Assembly (NCBI GenBank): GCA_035471925.1
Contig: DATIPO010000059.1
Span: 21,003-85,002 of the forward strand
Length of the DNA: 64,000 bases
Source: Acidobacteriota bacterium
Lineage (GTDB): Bacteria; Acidobacteriota; UBA6911; RPQK01; DATIPO01
Reading direction: 5' to 3'
Positions 1-9,983 of the stretch are shown piece after piece; the first letter of the stretch is position 1, and each line of letters opens with the position of its first letter. The translations under genes were made by a program, and so were the position numbers. The notes beneath the pieces were generated by a model. That model made no database searches. It was not told the origin of the DNA and was given only the letters and a program-made list of their open reading frames with translations.

Positions 1-827
1 TACGACGGCAAAAGAATGACCTCGATTACCACATCCGCCGTATCGAATCCGATTTGGCCAATGCCCAGGACTCCGAGCGGCTGAAGGAACTGAGCCAGCG
101 GTTGGAGGAGTATCAAGAGCGGGCTGAGGGACTGCGTCGGAGCATATTCTTTGAGTTGGCCGCCCAGGATGACGAAACCGATTTCATCGACGACCAACTC
201 CGCCTGCTTTTGCAGGAATTCGGGGCCGAGCAGTACAGCCTGCCTCCCAGCTTCGTTGAGCGAGTGCGTGACTCCATCCGTCATTTTCAGGAGAACGACC
301 GGGGCAGCATCGAGCAGGTTTTGATCGACCGCCGACAGGACTTCGAGCGTATCCGCCAGACGCTGGCCGACGAGAACCTGCCGCCCGATCTGGCCTACAT
401 GGTTGTGGTGGAAAGCGGCTTCCGTCCGGGCAGCTACAGTCCCCGCGGGGCGGCCGGACCGTGGCAGATGGTGCCGGTGACGGCGCGTTCCTACGGCTTG
501 ACGATCAACGACCAAGTGGACGAACGCCTGGACATGGAGAAGTCGACTCACGCGGCGGCCCGCTACATCCGCCACCTCATCCTGGAATTCGGCACGGGAA
601 GCTCGATTTTATTGGCTCTGGCGGCATACAATACAGGGCAGACGAGGGTCAAGCGCATCATCCGCAGCAACGTGGATGATCCCATGCGCCAGCGCAATTT
701 CTGGTACCTTTACCGCATCAAGGCCTTGCCTGGCGAGACCCGCAATTATGTGCCCAAGGTGATGGCGGCCATCCTGATCGGACGCAATCCCCAGCGCTTC
801 GGGTTCGCGCCGACGATGACCGACTGA
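1..827 (+). CDS. Lytic transglycosylase (SLT domain), 5'-partial. The frame stays open to the left window edge; the listed ORF starts at TTG 54.
   Basis: SLT motifs in the translation: VVVESGF (catalytic Glu-Ser), AAGPWQM, AAYNTG. No in-frame stop from nt 3. Confidence 0.7.
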   Translation, partial: RRQKNDLDYHIRRIESDLANAQDSERLKELSQRLEEYQERAEGLRRSIFFELAAQDDETDFIDDQLRLLLQEFGAEQYSLPPSFVERVRDSIRHFQENDRGSIEQVLIDRRQDFERIRQTLADENLPPDLAYMVVVESGFRPGSYSPRGAAGPWQMVPVTARSYGLTINDQVDERLDMEKSTHAAARYIRHLILEFGTGSSILLALAAYNTGQTRVKRIIRSNVDDPMRQRNFWYLYRIKALPGETRNYVPKVMAAILIGRNPQRFGFAPTMTD

Positions 828-835
828 ACACTGGT

Positions 836-3094
836 ATGGACGAAAGCTCGAAATTCGGCCGCTATGAGATTCTCGAGCGCCTTGGAAAAGGCGGCATGGG
901 AGTCATCTACAAGGCTCACGACGACCAACTTGACCGGGTCGTGGCGCTGAAGACCATCCTGCCCGAATTCGTGTCCAGCCCAGAAGTCAAGGAACGGTTG
1001 ATCCGCGAGGCTCAGGCGGCGGCCCGTCTCCAGCATCCTAACGTCGTCACCATTTTCGACATCGGCGAAACCGACGACAAGCGTCTCTACTTCGCCATGG
1101 AATATGTGCGGGGACGCAGCCTGCGCGAGATCATTCCCTTGCGCATTCCCCTGGAGCGGCGGCTGGAAATCATGGCCGACGTATGCAAGGCCCTGGGTTT
1201 CGCTCACCAGCACGGCATCATTCACCGCGACGTCAAGCCCACCAACGTGTTGCTGGCTGAAGACGGGACGGTCAAGCTCTTCGACTTCGGGATCGCCCAT
1301 TTGGCTGGCTCCTCGCTGACCCGGACGGGAGTGGCCATCGGCACGCCCGAATACATGTCTCCTGAGATGGTGGAGGGAGGGGAACTGGACGCCCGCTCCG
1401 ACATCTTTTCCTGCGGCGTGATGCTCTACGAGATGCTGACCCGCAACAATCCCTTCCGCTCCGACCGCATCACCACAACCATGTACCGCATCGTCCACTC
1501 CAAGCCTTCGGGACTGCGCCAACTGCGCCCCAACCTCCCTGCGGTCTTGGAGGAGATCTTGGCCAAGATGCTGGCCAAGAATCCCGACGAACGCTACTCC
1601 AGCATGGAGGAGGTAGTGGAGGATCTGGAACACATCGTCTCCCGAGGACTGCTCAACAAGGCCGTCAGAGCCAAGGAACTGGGCGATTTGATGGAGCAGG
1701 TGGAGGCCAAGGTGGCGGCCGCCGAAAGCGACCCGCGGGTCCGGCAATTGCTGGAAGAGAAGCTGGCCAAGCCGCTTAGCAGTCGCCGCAGCAAAGTACG
1801 AAAGATCGCAAAGGCCTCAGATACTTCCATCACGATGGCTCACATTGATCGTGAACTGATCTCCTTGCGCCAGTTCGAGGAGCGGCTGGACCAATTCTTG
1901 GACAAAGAACTGCCCCACGAGGTCGAGGAATCCTCTGGGAAAGCCTCGCCTCCGCCGCCGACCGAGGACTCTCATCCCAGAATCGACGACACCGCCGCCA
2001 CCATGCGCTGGGAGGGGGACACCACCGCCCGTCAGGGAATGGCGGCCGCTCTTTCGGCCGAAAGCCAAGCGGAAAGCGCCGGGTCCGCGCAAGCGGAGAA
2101 CGCCGGAGAGCCAGCCAGCACCGCCGGCGAAAAGAGCCCAGAGGAAGCGTCGCCCGCCGTAGCCGGTCGTACCCAAGCGGACGCGGCGGCTGAAAGCGGA
2201 CCGCCCCCGCCTCCCGAACCCCCCAGCGCTGCCGGTGCCGCTGTCACAGGTCGCGAAGAGCCTGCGGAGCGGCCAGAGGAAGAATCCATCGCCGGTGTCG
2301 CCGCTGAAGGGGAAGATGAGGAGGCCTCTGCCCGGCCCCCCGTCAGCGGTCGCCAAGAGCCGGTTGACCGTCCCCGGGACTACGAGACGGAGCCCACCGT
2401 TGTCGTGCCCTCTACTGCGGCGTCGAAGCCCAAGGGCTGGCTGATTCCGGCTTCCATCCTGGCAGGGGTCCTGCTGGTGGCGGTGATTTGGATCGTGGTT
2501 GCGATGTGGCCGGAAAGAGCTCAGCAAACCGCCCAGCAAGCTGGAACGGATGCCTCTCAGGAAGCCTCGCTCGAGGACAGCCAAGCCGGCGGACTCCCTG
2601 ATTCCGAGGCTGGCGCCGAGGACGGCGATTCGCCTCAGCAGTCTGGTGCCGGCAGCGACTCGGGGGCGTCGGCGGGCCAGTTGCAGCCCTCCGGTGGCCA
2701 AGCTGCCCGACCGGCTGCCGCCTCCCAGTCCGGCGGGACACAAGCCGCCGCTCCCGATACGGGAGACTCCAGCCAAGGGTCTCCGAGCGCCCCAGCCGAC
2801 GAGTCTGCTGCGTCCGCCAGCTACAGCTTCGAGGTGCACCAGACCAACGCCCGCAAGAGCCTCATTCCCGGCAACCGAGAATGCGCTGGGACGCTGGAGG
2901 TCCGCGCCGAAATGATCCGCTTCCGCAGCGAAGAATGCACTTCGCGCACCCTGGTCCGCGCCATTTTGAGCGACGTTTCGCTGGAGGAGGGGATTCTCAC
3001 CGTCCGCCAATCGAACGACACCAGCTACACCTTCGCCATCGCCGAGGAGGATCGGGAAAGGCTGACCGAGGCCCTCAGCCGCTTCGACTGGTGA
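836..3094 (+). CDS. Hanks-type Ser/Thr protein kinase, membrane-anchored
   Basis: GKGGMGVIYKA...VALK, HRDVKPTN, DFG, GTPEYMSPE. These are followed by a long Pro/Ala/Glu/Ser-rich low-complexity linker, one TM helix (ILAGVLLVAVIWIVVAMW) and a short C-terminal domain. Confidence 0.9.
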   Translation: MDESSKFGRYEILERLGKGGMGVIYKAHDDQLDRVVALKTILPEFVSSPEVKERLIREAQAAARLQHPNVVTIFDIGETDDKRLYFAMEYVRGRSLREIIPLRIPLERRLEIMADVCKALGFAHQHGIIHRDVKPTNVLLAEDGTVKLFDFGIAHLAGSSLTRTGVAIGTPEYMSPEMVEGGELDARSDIFSCGVMLYEMLTRNNPFRSDRITTTMYRIVHSKPSGLRQLRPNLPAVLEEILAKMLAKNPDERYSSMEEVVEDLEHIVSRGLLNKAVRAKELGDLMEQVEAKVAAAESDPRVRQLLEEKLAKPLSSRRSKVRKIAKASDTSITMAHIDRELISLRQFEERLDQFLDKELPHEVEESSGKASPPPPTEDSHPRIDDTAATMRWEGDTTARQGMAAALSAESQAESAGSAQAENAGEPASTAGEKSPEEASPAVAGRTQADAAAESGPPPPPEPPSAAGAAVTGREEPAERPEEESIAGVAAEGEDEEASARPPVSGRQEPVDRPRDYETEPTVVVPSTAASKPKGWLIPASILAGVLLVAVIWIVVAMWPERAQQTAQQAGTDASQEASLEDSQAGGLPDSEAGAEDGDSPQQSGAGSDSGASAGQLQPSGGQAARPAAASQSGGTQAAAPDTGDSSQGSPSAPADESAASASYSFEVHQTNARKSLIPGNRECAGTLEVRAEMIRFRSEECTSRTLVRAILSDVSLEEGILTVRQSNDTSYTFAIAEEDRERLTEALSRFDW

Positions 3095-3229
3095 AGATCA
3101 GCTCTGGCCGCCGTTTCTATTCCGGGGGCTCCCGGACGATCGTGCCAATCGCCCTGGCAGCAGGGTCGAGGAGGCTGCTGGAGTGGCATCTCAGACGACA
3201 TCGAGTGGCCCTTATGTGTCGTGCTGCGA

Positions 3230-3235
3230 TATAGT
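3230..3235 (+). promoter_or_regulatory. -10-like hexamer TATAGT, 8 nt upstream of the padR ATG (leaderless-type arrangement)
   Basis: The TAnnnT hexamer stands out in GC-rich DNA. No Shine-Dalgarno sequence lies in the 8-nt gap. Confidence 0.4.
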
Positions 3236-3243
3236 GTGGTACG

Positions 3244-3642
3244 ATGGAGAGAACTGGAGGCTACATGGACGGGAAAGATCCTCTTCGACATCTGCCTTTG
3301 ACCCCACAGGTATTTCACATCCTGCTCTCTTTGCTCGATGACGACCTGCATGGCTATGCCATCATTCAGGAAGTCAACAAGCGCACCGGTGGACGGGTCA
3401 AGCTCGGTTCGGGGACCCTTTACGCGGCCATCCGGCGGTTGCTGGAAGCTGAGATGATTGAAGAAAGTGATCACCGCCCTCCCGCCGAACAGGACGACGA
3501 GCGGCGCAAGTACTACCGCATTACCGAGTTCGGACGCCGGGTCGCCGCCGCCGAGGCCGAGCGGCTGGCTGAGCTGGTCGATCAGGCCACCGAGAAAGAA
3601 CTCATCACCCGCCTCCATCCCGCATCCTCCAAGACGGACTGA
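3244..3642 (+). CDS. PadR-family transcriptional regulator
   Basis: Winged-helix PadR signature LTPQVFHILLSLLDDDLHGYAIIQEV...GSGTLYAAIRRLLEAEMIE. The gene ends 2 nt before the permease gene. Confidence 0.85.
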   Translation: MERTGGYMDGKDPLRHLPLTPQVFHILLSLLDDDLHGYAIIQEVNKRTGGRVKLGSGTLYAAIRRLLEAEMIEESDHRPPAEQDDERRKYYRITEFGRRVAAAEAERLAELVDQATEKELITRLHPASSKTD

Positions 3643-3644
3643 CG

Positions 3645-6410
3645 ATGGAACGCTTCTACAGCCTGCTCTTGTGGCTTTATCCCCGCGACCTGCGCAGGCG
3701 TTTCGCAGGCGATATGCGGCGGACTTTCCGCGACCTGCTGGAGCGCGAACGAGACCGCGGAGCGGCGGCCTTGCTCGCGCTGGCACTGCGTGAAGCCTGG
3801 CAGATCTTTGCCGACGCCTTGGGTGAACGTCTGCGCCGCGTTTCCCGCGGACGCATTGGACCCTTCCTTGAGTCACTGGCGCGGGACGTCCGCTTGGCGG
3901 CCCGGGGGCTCAAGGCCAAGCCCGGACTCACGGCGGTGGTGGTCCTGACATTGGCGCTGGCGGTTGGAGCCAACACCTCGGTTTTCAGCGTGGTCCATGC
4001 GGTGCTGTTGCAGCCTTTGCCTTTCCCCCAACCCGAGCAACTGGTGACGATTTGGGAAGATCGGACGGCCCGCGGCGGCTCGGCTAAGGAGTGGATGGAA
4101 TGGCCTGTCCTGCAGGAGCTCAAGCAGCGCACCGACGTCTTGGCTGCTGCGGGTGTCTACGAATTGCGGACGGGAGCGCTGAACCTGAATGGCCCGGTTT
4201 CCGGCAAGTCCGCGTCCAACCCGGCGCAAGCGAGCCAGGAAGCCGCCGGCTCACAGGTCAGCACGATTCAGGCGGCTGTCTCCGGTCAGGTCGGCAGCGG
4301 TCCTCTACAAGTGGTCGCGGCTGATGTCTCGGCGGGCTTTCTCGAGGCCCTCTCCCTGAACCCGCTGATGGGACGCTGGTTTCTGGATCCCACGGAAGAC
4401 CGTCCCGGCGCGCCCAACCTGGTCCTCCTCAGTGAGGAGCTTTGGAAGACCTCCTTCGCATCCCGGACCGACATTGTGGGACGCAAGATCTCTCTCGACA
4501 ACCGAGAGGCCACCGTCATCGGCGTCCTGCCACCTGTGCCCATTCCCGACCTGCAGGAGGCCGACTTGTGGATGAACCTGCGGGCCCGACAACGCTCCTA
4601 CCCGCTGGGACATTTCACCCTCCGGGCCCTGGGACGCCTCAAGCCGGGAATCACCCTGCAAAGCGCCTCCCAGCAGTTGAACGAGGCCTTGGCCGGGGCC
4701 GCCCAAAAGGACGGCCGTTTGGGCGGCATCGCCATCCGCCTGCTTCCCCTCACTCAGGAACTCCAGCCGCAGACGGTGCGTCAGGGACTGATGCTGATGC
4801 TGCTGGCGGCGGGCTGTCTGCTCCTGGCCGGCTGCGCCAACATCGCCGGACTTCTGCTGGGAGGCGTCCTCTCGCGGCGTCCCGAGATGGCCTTGCGCTC
4901 GGCCCTGGGCGGCGGACGCGCGCGCCTGCTGCGCCAAGTAGTGACCGAGAACCTGCTGCTGGCCCTGCTGGGTGGTGCCGGGGGATGGACCGTGGCCTGG
5001 TTGAGCGGATCGCTGCTGCTCGAGCTGGCTCCGCCGGGGCTCCTGCCGCCGCAAGTCTCAGGGACGAGTGCCCTGCAGGCGAACTGGCCGCACCTGCACC
5101 CATCCGCCGCCCTCTTTGCGCTGGCCCTCTCGATCATGGCGGGACTGCTCTTCGGAATCCTGCCCGCGCTTCACCTTTCCCGCTGGCCGGCGTCAGCGCT
5201 TTCCTCTTCCCGCAAGGCGCTGGCCCGCCCTGGACATCCTCGCCTGCGGGCCGCACTAGTGGCGGGACAGGTGTCGCTGGCGCTCCTGCTGCTGGTGGCC
5301 TCGGGGCTCCTTGTGCGCTCCTTCAGCCGGCTGATCCAGGTGGACTTGGGATTCGATCCCCGGGGACGCGTGGCTTTTCACCTCGATACGCCAGACCAGG
5401 CCCAGGCCCAGCGGCTGCTGCAGGAATTGCCGGCGGCGTTGCGCCATGAGCCCGCAATCCGTCAAGCGGCGCTGGTGGCGCCGCTGCCCCTGGGAGGCTC
5501 GGACACCGATGTCGATGTGGCGGCTCTTCCCCCATCTCAGCAAGCTGAGTTCCCCCAGAAGCTTCGTCACGGACCGGTTTGGTATCGGCGGGTCAGCGGC
5601 GGCTACTTCCAGGCCATGGGCATTCCTCTGCTTGCGGGGCGCGCTTTGGACGAAGCCGATCTGCGACTCCAACGCCGGGTAGCCGTGGTCAGCCAGGAGA
5701 CGGCTCATTTCTTCTGGCCCGGCCAGTCGCCGCTGGGACGCCGCCTGGGGACGGGCGAACTGACGGTCGAGGTGGTAGGAGTGGCCGGCGGCGTCCGCCA
5801 CAATGGATTGCGCCAGAGCCCGCGTCCCGAGATCTATGTGCCTGCCACAATGCTCCCCGATGGGGCCATCGATGTCGTTGTGCATTCGTCCCTAACTCCT
5901 CAGGACGTGCACAAGCTCCTCCGGGAGCATCTCAGCGAACTGGCCCCCTCCACGGCTCTTTCGCCACCTGTATCGCTGCAAGACCTTGCCCAGGACGCCC
6001 TGCTGCTGCACCGCTTCCTTACCGTTCTGACGTCGGCCTTCGCCGTCCTGGCCCTGCTCTGCGCTTTGCTGGGAATCGCTTCGGCACTCACCAGCCAGGT
6101 CCAGGGACGGCGCGGTGAACTCGGTTTGCGCTTGGCCCTGGGCGCCCGCCGCCGCCACCTCTTTACCGGCGTCCTGGCCCGCGGCTTGACCCTGACTGCC
6201 GCCGGAATGCTGCTGGGCTGGGCATTATCGGTGCTGCTCTCGGAAGTGGTGGCCGCTAAGCTGGGAGGCGTGCTGTTCCGCACGACTGCAACTGACGAGA
6301 TGACCTATGGGCTGGTTTCGCTCCTTTTGGCAGCGGTCTCTCTAGCCGCCAGCCTCATTCCCGCCTGGCAAGCCTCGCGCACCGACCCCCTGCAAACCCT
6401 GCGGGAATAG
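3645..6410 (+). CDS. Duplicated MacB/FtsX-type ABC permease without a cognate ATPase (acidobacterial duplicated orphan permease-like)
   Basis: 921 aa with two MacB-like periplasmic segments and two FtsX-type TM bundles. The C-terminal end IPAWQASRTDPLQTLRE is typical of FtsX/MacB. Pairing with PadR is typical of this family (from memory). Confidence 0.85.
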   Translation: MERFYSLLLWLYPRDLRRRFAGDMRRTFRDLLERERDRGAAALLALALREAWQIFADALGERLRRVSRGRIGPFLESLARDVRLAARGLKAKPGLTAVVVLTLALAVGANTSVFSVVHAVLLQPLPFPQPEQLVTIWEDRTARGGSAKEWMEWPVLQELKQRTDVLAAAGVYELRTGALNLNGPVSGKSASNPAQASQEAAGSQVSTIQAAVSGQVGSGPLQVVAADVSAGFLEALSLNPLMGRWFLDPTEDRPGAPNLVLLSEELWKTSFASRTDIVGRKISLDNREATVIGVLPPVPIPDLQEADLWMNLRARQRSYPLGHFTLRALGRLKPGITLQSASQQLNEALAGAAQKDGRLGGIAIRLLPLTQELQPQTVRQGLMLMLLAAGCLLLAGCANIAGLLLGGVLSRRPEMALRSALGGGRARLLRQVVTENLLLALLGGAGGWTVAWLSGSLLLELAPPGLLPPQVSGTSALQANWPHLHPSAALFALALSIMAGLLFGILPALHLSRWPASALSSSRKALARPGHPRLRAALVAGQVSLALLLLVASGLLVRSFSRLIQVDLGFDPRGRVAFHLDTPDQAQAQRLLQELPAALRHEPAIRQAALVAPLPLGGSDTDVDVAALPPSQQAEFPQKLRHGPVWYRRVSGGYFQAMGIPLLAGRALDEADLRLQRRVAVVSQETAHFFWPGQSPLGRRLGTGELTVEVVGVAGGVRHNGLRQSPRPEIYVPATMLPDGAIDVVVHSSLTPQDVHKLLREHLSELAPSTALSPPVSLQDLAQDALLLHRFLTVLTSAFAVLALLCALLGIASALTSQVQGRRGELGLRLALGARRRHLFTGVLARGLTLTAAGMLLGWALSVLLSEVVAAKLGGVLFRTTATDEMTYGLVSLLLAAVSLAASLIPAWQASRTDPLQTLRE

Positions 6411-6480
6411 GCCCGAGAATCCATCAGCCCCACGAAGGACGGAAGTCAGCATCTCCAGTCCGGCCTTCGGTCTGGAACTG

Positions 6481-6675
6481 TTATCGCTGATCTGAGGTGG
6501 CGGAAGGGATGGAGACTTCGAGGGCCTCGGTCTGCTCCTGGGGATTGGACTGGCTTCTTCGGTCCGGGACCTCGGAGGGCGTGGAGAGAGCCATGGTCAG
6601 GGCCAGCGCCAGGGCCGACAGGGGCAGGACGCCGGTCAGCACTTCGATCAGCATTTGGCGGATTTGCAGCATCAT
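6481..6675 (-). CDS. Hypothetical small membrane protein (64 aa)
   Basis: Starts MMLQIRQMLIEVLTGVLPLSALALALTMALS (signal-anchor-like). It is preceded by the same promoter-like motif found upstream of the kinase gene at 9649. No homology was recognised. Confidence 0.3.
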   Translation of the reverse strand: MMLQIRQMLIEVLTGVLPLSALALALTMALSTPSEVPDRRSQSNPQEQTEALEVSIPSATSDQR

Positions 6676-6709
6676 CCCTCTCACGAGCGGTTTTCTTCTC
6701 CTCCCACTA

Positions 6710-6741
6710 AGACACGCGCGGAAGGAGCCATCCAACCCTCA
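6710..6741 (-). promoter_or_regulatory. Copy A of a duplicated promoter-like motif (gene sense: TGAGGGTTGGA-N11-GCGCGTGTCT)
   Basis: The 11-nt and 10-nt blocks are identical to those in copy B at 9657..9689. Copy A lies about 35 nt upstream of the small ORF start at 6675. Confidence 0.35.
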
Positions 6742-6760
6742 TGCGGCGAGGAAAAAGTCT

Positions 6761-9649
6761 TCAGGGGAGCTGGGAGAGGCGGTCGAGCTGCTTCTCGGTC
6801 TGCGCCAGCAGGCCCTGGGTGAGAGGGTCGGCGGCATGGATGGGCATGGAAAGCAGGTGGCGCAGCGAAGAAAGATGGTGACGCGATTCTTCCAGGCGTC
6901 CCAGGCGGGCGCTGGCCAAAGCCATATAAGCCTCGGCATAAGGCGAGTCGCCCAATTCTGAGGCGCGCCGCAACTCCTGGCTGGTGGAAAGGTGCTCGAG
7001 CGCGGCTTCGTCGTTTCCGATGCGGTAAGCGAGGACTCCCAGCGTTTGCTGAAAATTCTGCTCGTTGGGCTCTTCGCTGATCAGCAGTTCGAGGGCCTGA
7101 TGCGCTTCTTCCTGAGAGGTCTGTGCCTGCGCCTCGTCCAGCGCCATCTGCCAACCCAGGCGGCCGATATGTTGGCGAATCCGCCTCAGACCACCTTGAT
7201 GACCGCCATCCTTTTCAGCCTTGGCCGAGACGATTCTGTGGGCTCTGAGAGCCGTTTCCAGCGCCCAATCCATCTGGTTCGACCCCGAAGCCAAGCTGGA
7301 CAGGGCCATGTACTGGGAGGCCATTTGCATGCTTTGAGCGCCGAAATTGCGCTCCAGCAAGGGGACGATCCGCTTGGCCAATTGCAGCGTCTCGTCCTTG
7401 CGGTCACCGTCTTTGCGTACGATCTGAAAGAGCCCGTCCATGGCGAAGAGCATCAAATCATAGGGCTTGGGGTCGGAGCGCTCCAGCAGCATGAGGCCGC
7501 GGCTCAGGCACTCCTCAGCTTCCTGCAGGCGGTCGACCCGCTGAAAGAGCGATCCGGCCTTCATGAAGGTGACGCCTTCGATAAGCCCTCCCGGGAAGAG
7601 GGCCTGGTAGTCGCGGGCCAGGCTGAGAGTCATCTCGGCAGCTTCCTCGAGACGCTCGGAGGTCGCCAGCGACTGGATGATCAACTCACGTACAACGGCG
7701 ATTTCGTAGCGTTGCTCGGGGGCCAGCTCCTGGCGAATACGCAAGGCTTCACTGAATTGCCTGATGGCTTCTTCCGACTGTCCGCGCCGGTTGAGCAGCT
7801 CGCCCAACGCAATGCGCGGTTCGCAGAAGGCCAAACCAGCGCCTTCGGGCAAGTCGGAGAAAAGTTCGATCGAGGCGCGCAGATGTTCTTCCGACTCTGC
7901 ATCGCGTCCGCTCAGGTAGAGCAGCTTGCCCAAACGCCCCTCCACCACGCCGGCGTTGTAGCCCGACTCGTCGATCGTGCTCCAGATCTTGAGCGACTCG
8001 CGATAGAGGGTCTCGGCGGCGTTCAGACGTCCCGTGTTCTGCATCTGCAGGGCCAAAGAGGAAAGGGCAGCAGCCACTGTGGGATGGTTTTCGCCGAATA
8101 GCTGTTTGGCTTCTTCGATGACGTCCTCGGTCTCGACTCCCGAGTGTCCTGAGTTATGGGAGTCGATCTCGGTCAGGATGCGTTCCAGAAAGTCGCTGAT
8201 GGCCTGGGAACGCTGAGCCTCGGCGCGGGCTTCCAGGCGGGCCTGCTCGGCGGCGTTCCGTTCGCGTGAAGCCTGTAGGAAGCCGGCCGTGGCCAGGGTC
8301 AACCCCGCGACCAGCGCCAGCATCACAACGGCGGCGGCTGAAACCGCGGCGCGATGACGCCGGACGAACTTGGTGAGGCGGTAGAGCGTGCTGGGCGGAC
8401 CCGCCGAGACGGGACGGTTCTTAAGGTGGCGTGAAATGTCTTCGGCCAGTTCGCTGGCGCTCTGGTAGCGGCGCTTGCGGTCCTTTTCCATGGCCTTGAG
8501 GACGATCCAGTCCAAATCGCCCCGGAAGAGCTTACTCAACGCCCCCGGTTCGCTCCTGCGCCGAGTGGCAACTTGGCGGGCCGAGTCGCCCAGAGAACTG
8601 ACTTTGACCGAAGGCGTAACGGGTTCCTCGTCGCGGATGAGGCGCAGTATCTCGCCATATCCGGCCTTGCGCAGGCGGTCGGAGTCCAGCGGAGTGGCTC
8701 CCGTCAGCAGCTCGTAGAGCAAGACGCCCAGAGAATAGATGTCGGAACGGGTGTCGATATCGAGTCCGCTCATCTCGGCTTGCTCGGGCGACATGTAGGC
8801 GGGTGTTCCGATGAACTGGCGGAACTCGGTGAACAGCGTCTTCTCAGTCAGGCTGCCCTTGGTGGCCTTGGCGATGCCGAAGTCGATGATCTTGGGCACC
8901 GGCTGGCCGTCGTGCAGCGTCACCAGCACGTTGGACGGCTTGATGTCACGGTGGATGATGCCCTTCTGATGAGCGTGCTGGACGGCCCGGCATACAGGGA
9001 TGAAGAGCTCCAACCGCTCACGGGCGCTGAGCTTGTTCTGGTCGCAGTACTCGGTGATGGGCATGCCCCGCACCAGTTCCATGACGAAGTAGGGACGTCC
9101 GCTCTCGGTGGCACCGGCATCCAGCACCTTGGCGATGTTAGGATGATCGGTCAGCGCAAGAGCCTGGCGTTCGGCCTCGAAGCGGGCGATGACCTGCCGG
9201 GTGTCCATGCCCAGCTTGATGATCTTGAGGGCTACCTTGCGCCGCACCGGATCGGTCTGCTCGGCCATGTAGACGGTGCCGAAGCCGCCTTCGCCGATGC
9301 GCTCCAAGATCTTGTAGGGCCCGATTCGGGTGCCGGGCTGCTCGGGCACCGAGCCCCGCCGGGGCAGGGGAGAAAGCGTGCGGTCGTCGGGAGAAGAGGG
9401 ATCATCCTGGGAGCGATCGCCTCCCTCGACGTCGTGGGGTGCTGCCTCCGCGTGCGGCTGTGGGGTGGCGTGGATTTCCAGTTGGCGGGTGTCGTCGTCG
9501 CTGTGAGCCAGCAGCGAGTCGACTTCGGCCCGCAGTTCAAGGTCGTCCCCGCAGGCCCGGTCCAGAAACGTGGCCCGATCCTCGGGGGGGAGCACCCGCA
9601 CTTGGTGGAAGAGTTCCTCGATGCGCCGAAATCGTTCTTTATCCATCAT
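6761..9649 (-). CDS. Hanks-type Ser/Thr protein kinase with a TM helix and a large TPR-like C-terminal domain
   Basis: GEGGFGTVYMA...VALKII, HRDIKPSNVL, DFGIAK, GTPAYMSPEQ. TM helix AAVVMLALVAGLTLATAGFL, then about 480 aa of helical TPR-like repeats. Confidence 0.9.
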   Translation of the reverse strand: MMDKERFRRIEELFHQVRVLPPEDRATFLDRACGDDLELRAEVDSLLAHSDDDTRQLEIHATPQPHAEAAPHDVEGGDRSQDDPSSPDDRTLSPLPRRGSVPEQPGTRIGPYKILERIGEGGFGTVYMAEQTDPVRRKVALKIIKLGMDTRQVIARFEAERQALALTDHPNIAKVLDAGATESGRPYFVMELVRGMPITEYCDQNKLSARERLELFIPVCRAVQHAHQKGIIHRDIKPSNVLVTLHDGQPVPKIIDFGIAKATKGSLTEKTLFTEFRQFIGTPAYMSPEQAEMSGLDIDTRSDIYSLGVLLYELLTGATPLDSDRLRKAGYGEILRLIRDEEPVTPSVKVSSLGDSARQVATRRRSEPGALSKLFRGDLDWIVLKAMEKDRKRRYQSASELAEDISRHLKNRPVSAGPPSTLYRLTKFVRRHRAAVSAAAVVMLALVAGLTLATAGFLQASRERNAAEQARLEARAEAQRSQAISDFLERILTEIDSHNSGHSGVETEDVIEEAKQLFGENHPTVAAALSSLALQMQNTGRLNAAETLYRESLKIWSTIDESGYNAGVVEGRLGKLLYLSGRDAESEEHLRASIELFSDLPEGAGLAFCEPRIALGELLNRRGQSEEAIRQFSEALRIRQELAPEQRYEIAVVRELIIQSLATSERLEEAAEMTLSLARDYQALFPGGLIEGVTFMKAGSLFQRVDRLQEAEECLSRGLMLLERSDPKPYDLMLFAMDGLFQIVRKDGDRKDETLQLAKRIVPLLERNFGAQSMQMASQYMALSSLASGSNQMDWALETALRAHRIVSAKAEKDGGHQGGLRRIRQHIGRLGWQMALDEAQAQTSQEEAHQALELLISEEPNEQNFQQTLGVLAYRIGNDEAALEHLSTSQELRRASELGDSPYAEAYMALASARLGRLEESRHHLSSLRHLLSMPIHAADPLTQGLLAQTEKQLDRLSQLP

Positions 9650-9656
9650 CTCACCT

Positions 9657-9689
9657 AGACACGCGCAAAAGCCCCGCCTCCAACCCTCA
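9657..9689 (-). promoter_or_regulatory. Copy B of the duplicated promoter-like motif (gene sense: TGAGGGTTGGA-N12-GCGCGTGTCT), ending 7 nt before the kinase ATG
   Basis: Sequence identity with copy A. It can be read as a -35 GGGTTG, a 17-18 nt spacer and a -10 GTGTCT. The start codon lies 7 nt downstream. Confidence 0.35.
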
Positions 9690-9983
9690 CCGTAGATGTG
9701 GCAACAGCCAAGTCCCGGCTCGCTGTTAGGCGAGCCATTCCATAGCCCAGGGTAAAGCGAGCCGCGAAGCGGCGCAGCGGCACCCTGGGTTCAAGGAACT
9801 CATGACCCGAACGCTGCAAGCGTGTCATAGCGTACGGGCCGGCTCGGCACTCTTGACGTCCTGGACTAGTCTACTCAGAAGCCCGACGGTATGTGGAAAA
9901 CGGTGCTTGGCGGGGACATCTGCCCTCAACCAACGCACAGCCGGGATCGGTCCGAATGACCTGCCTGGCGGACCGGCAGGCGG

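Noticed and set aside
2040-2830. The Pro/Ala/Glu/Ser/Gly-rich stretch in the first kinase as a separate gene or a nucleotide repeat.
   Set aside because: It is in frame and continuous with the kinase domain and the TM helix, and it shows no exact tandem DNA repeat. It is best read as a disordered linker.
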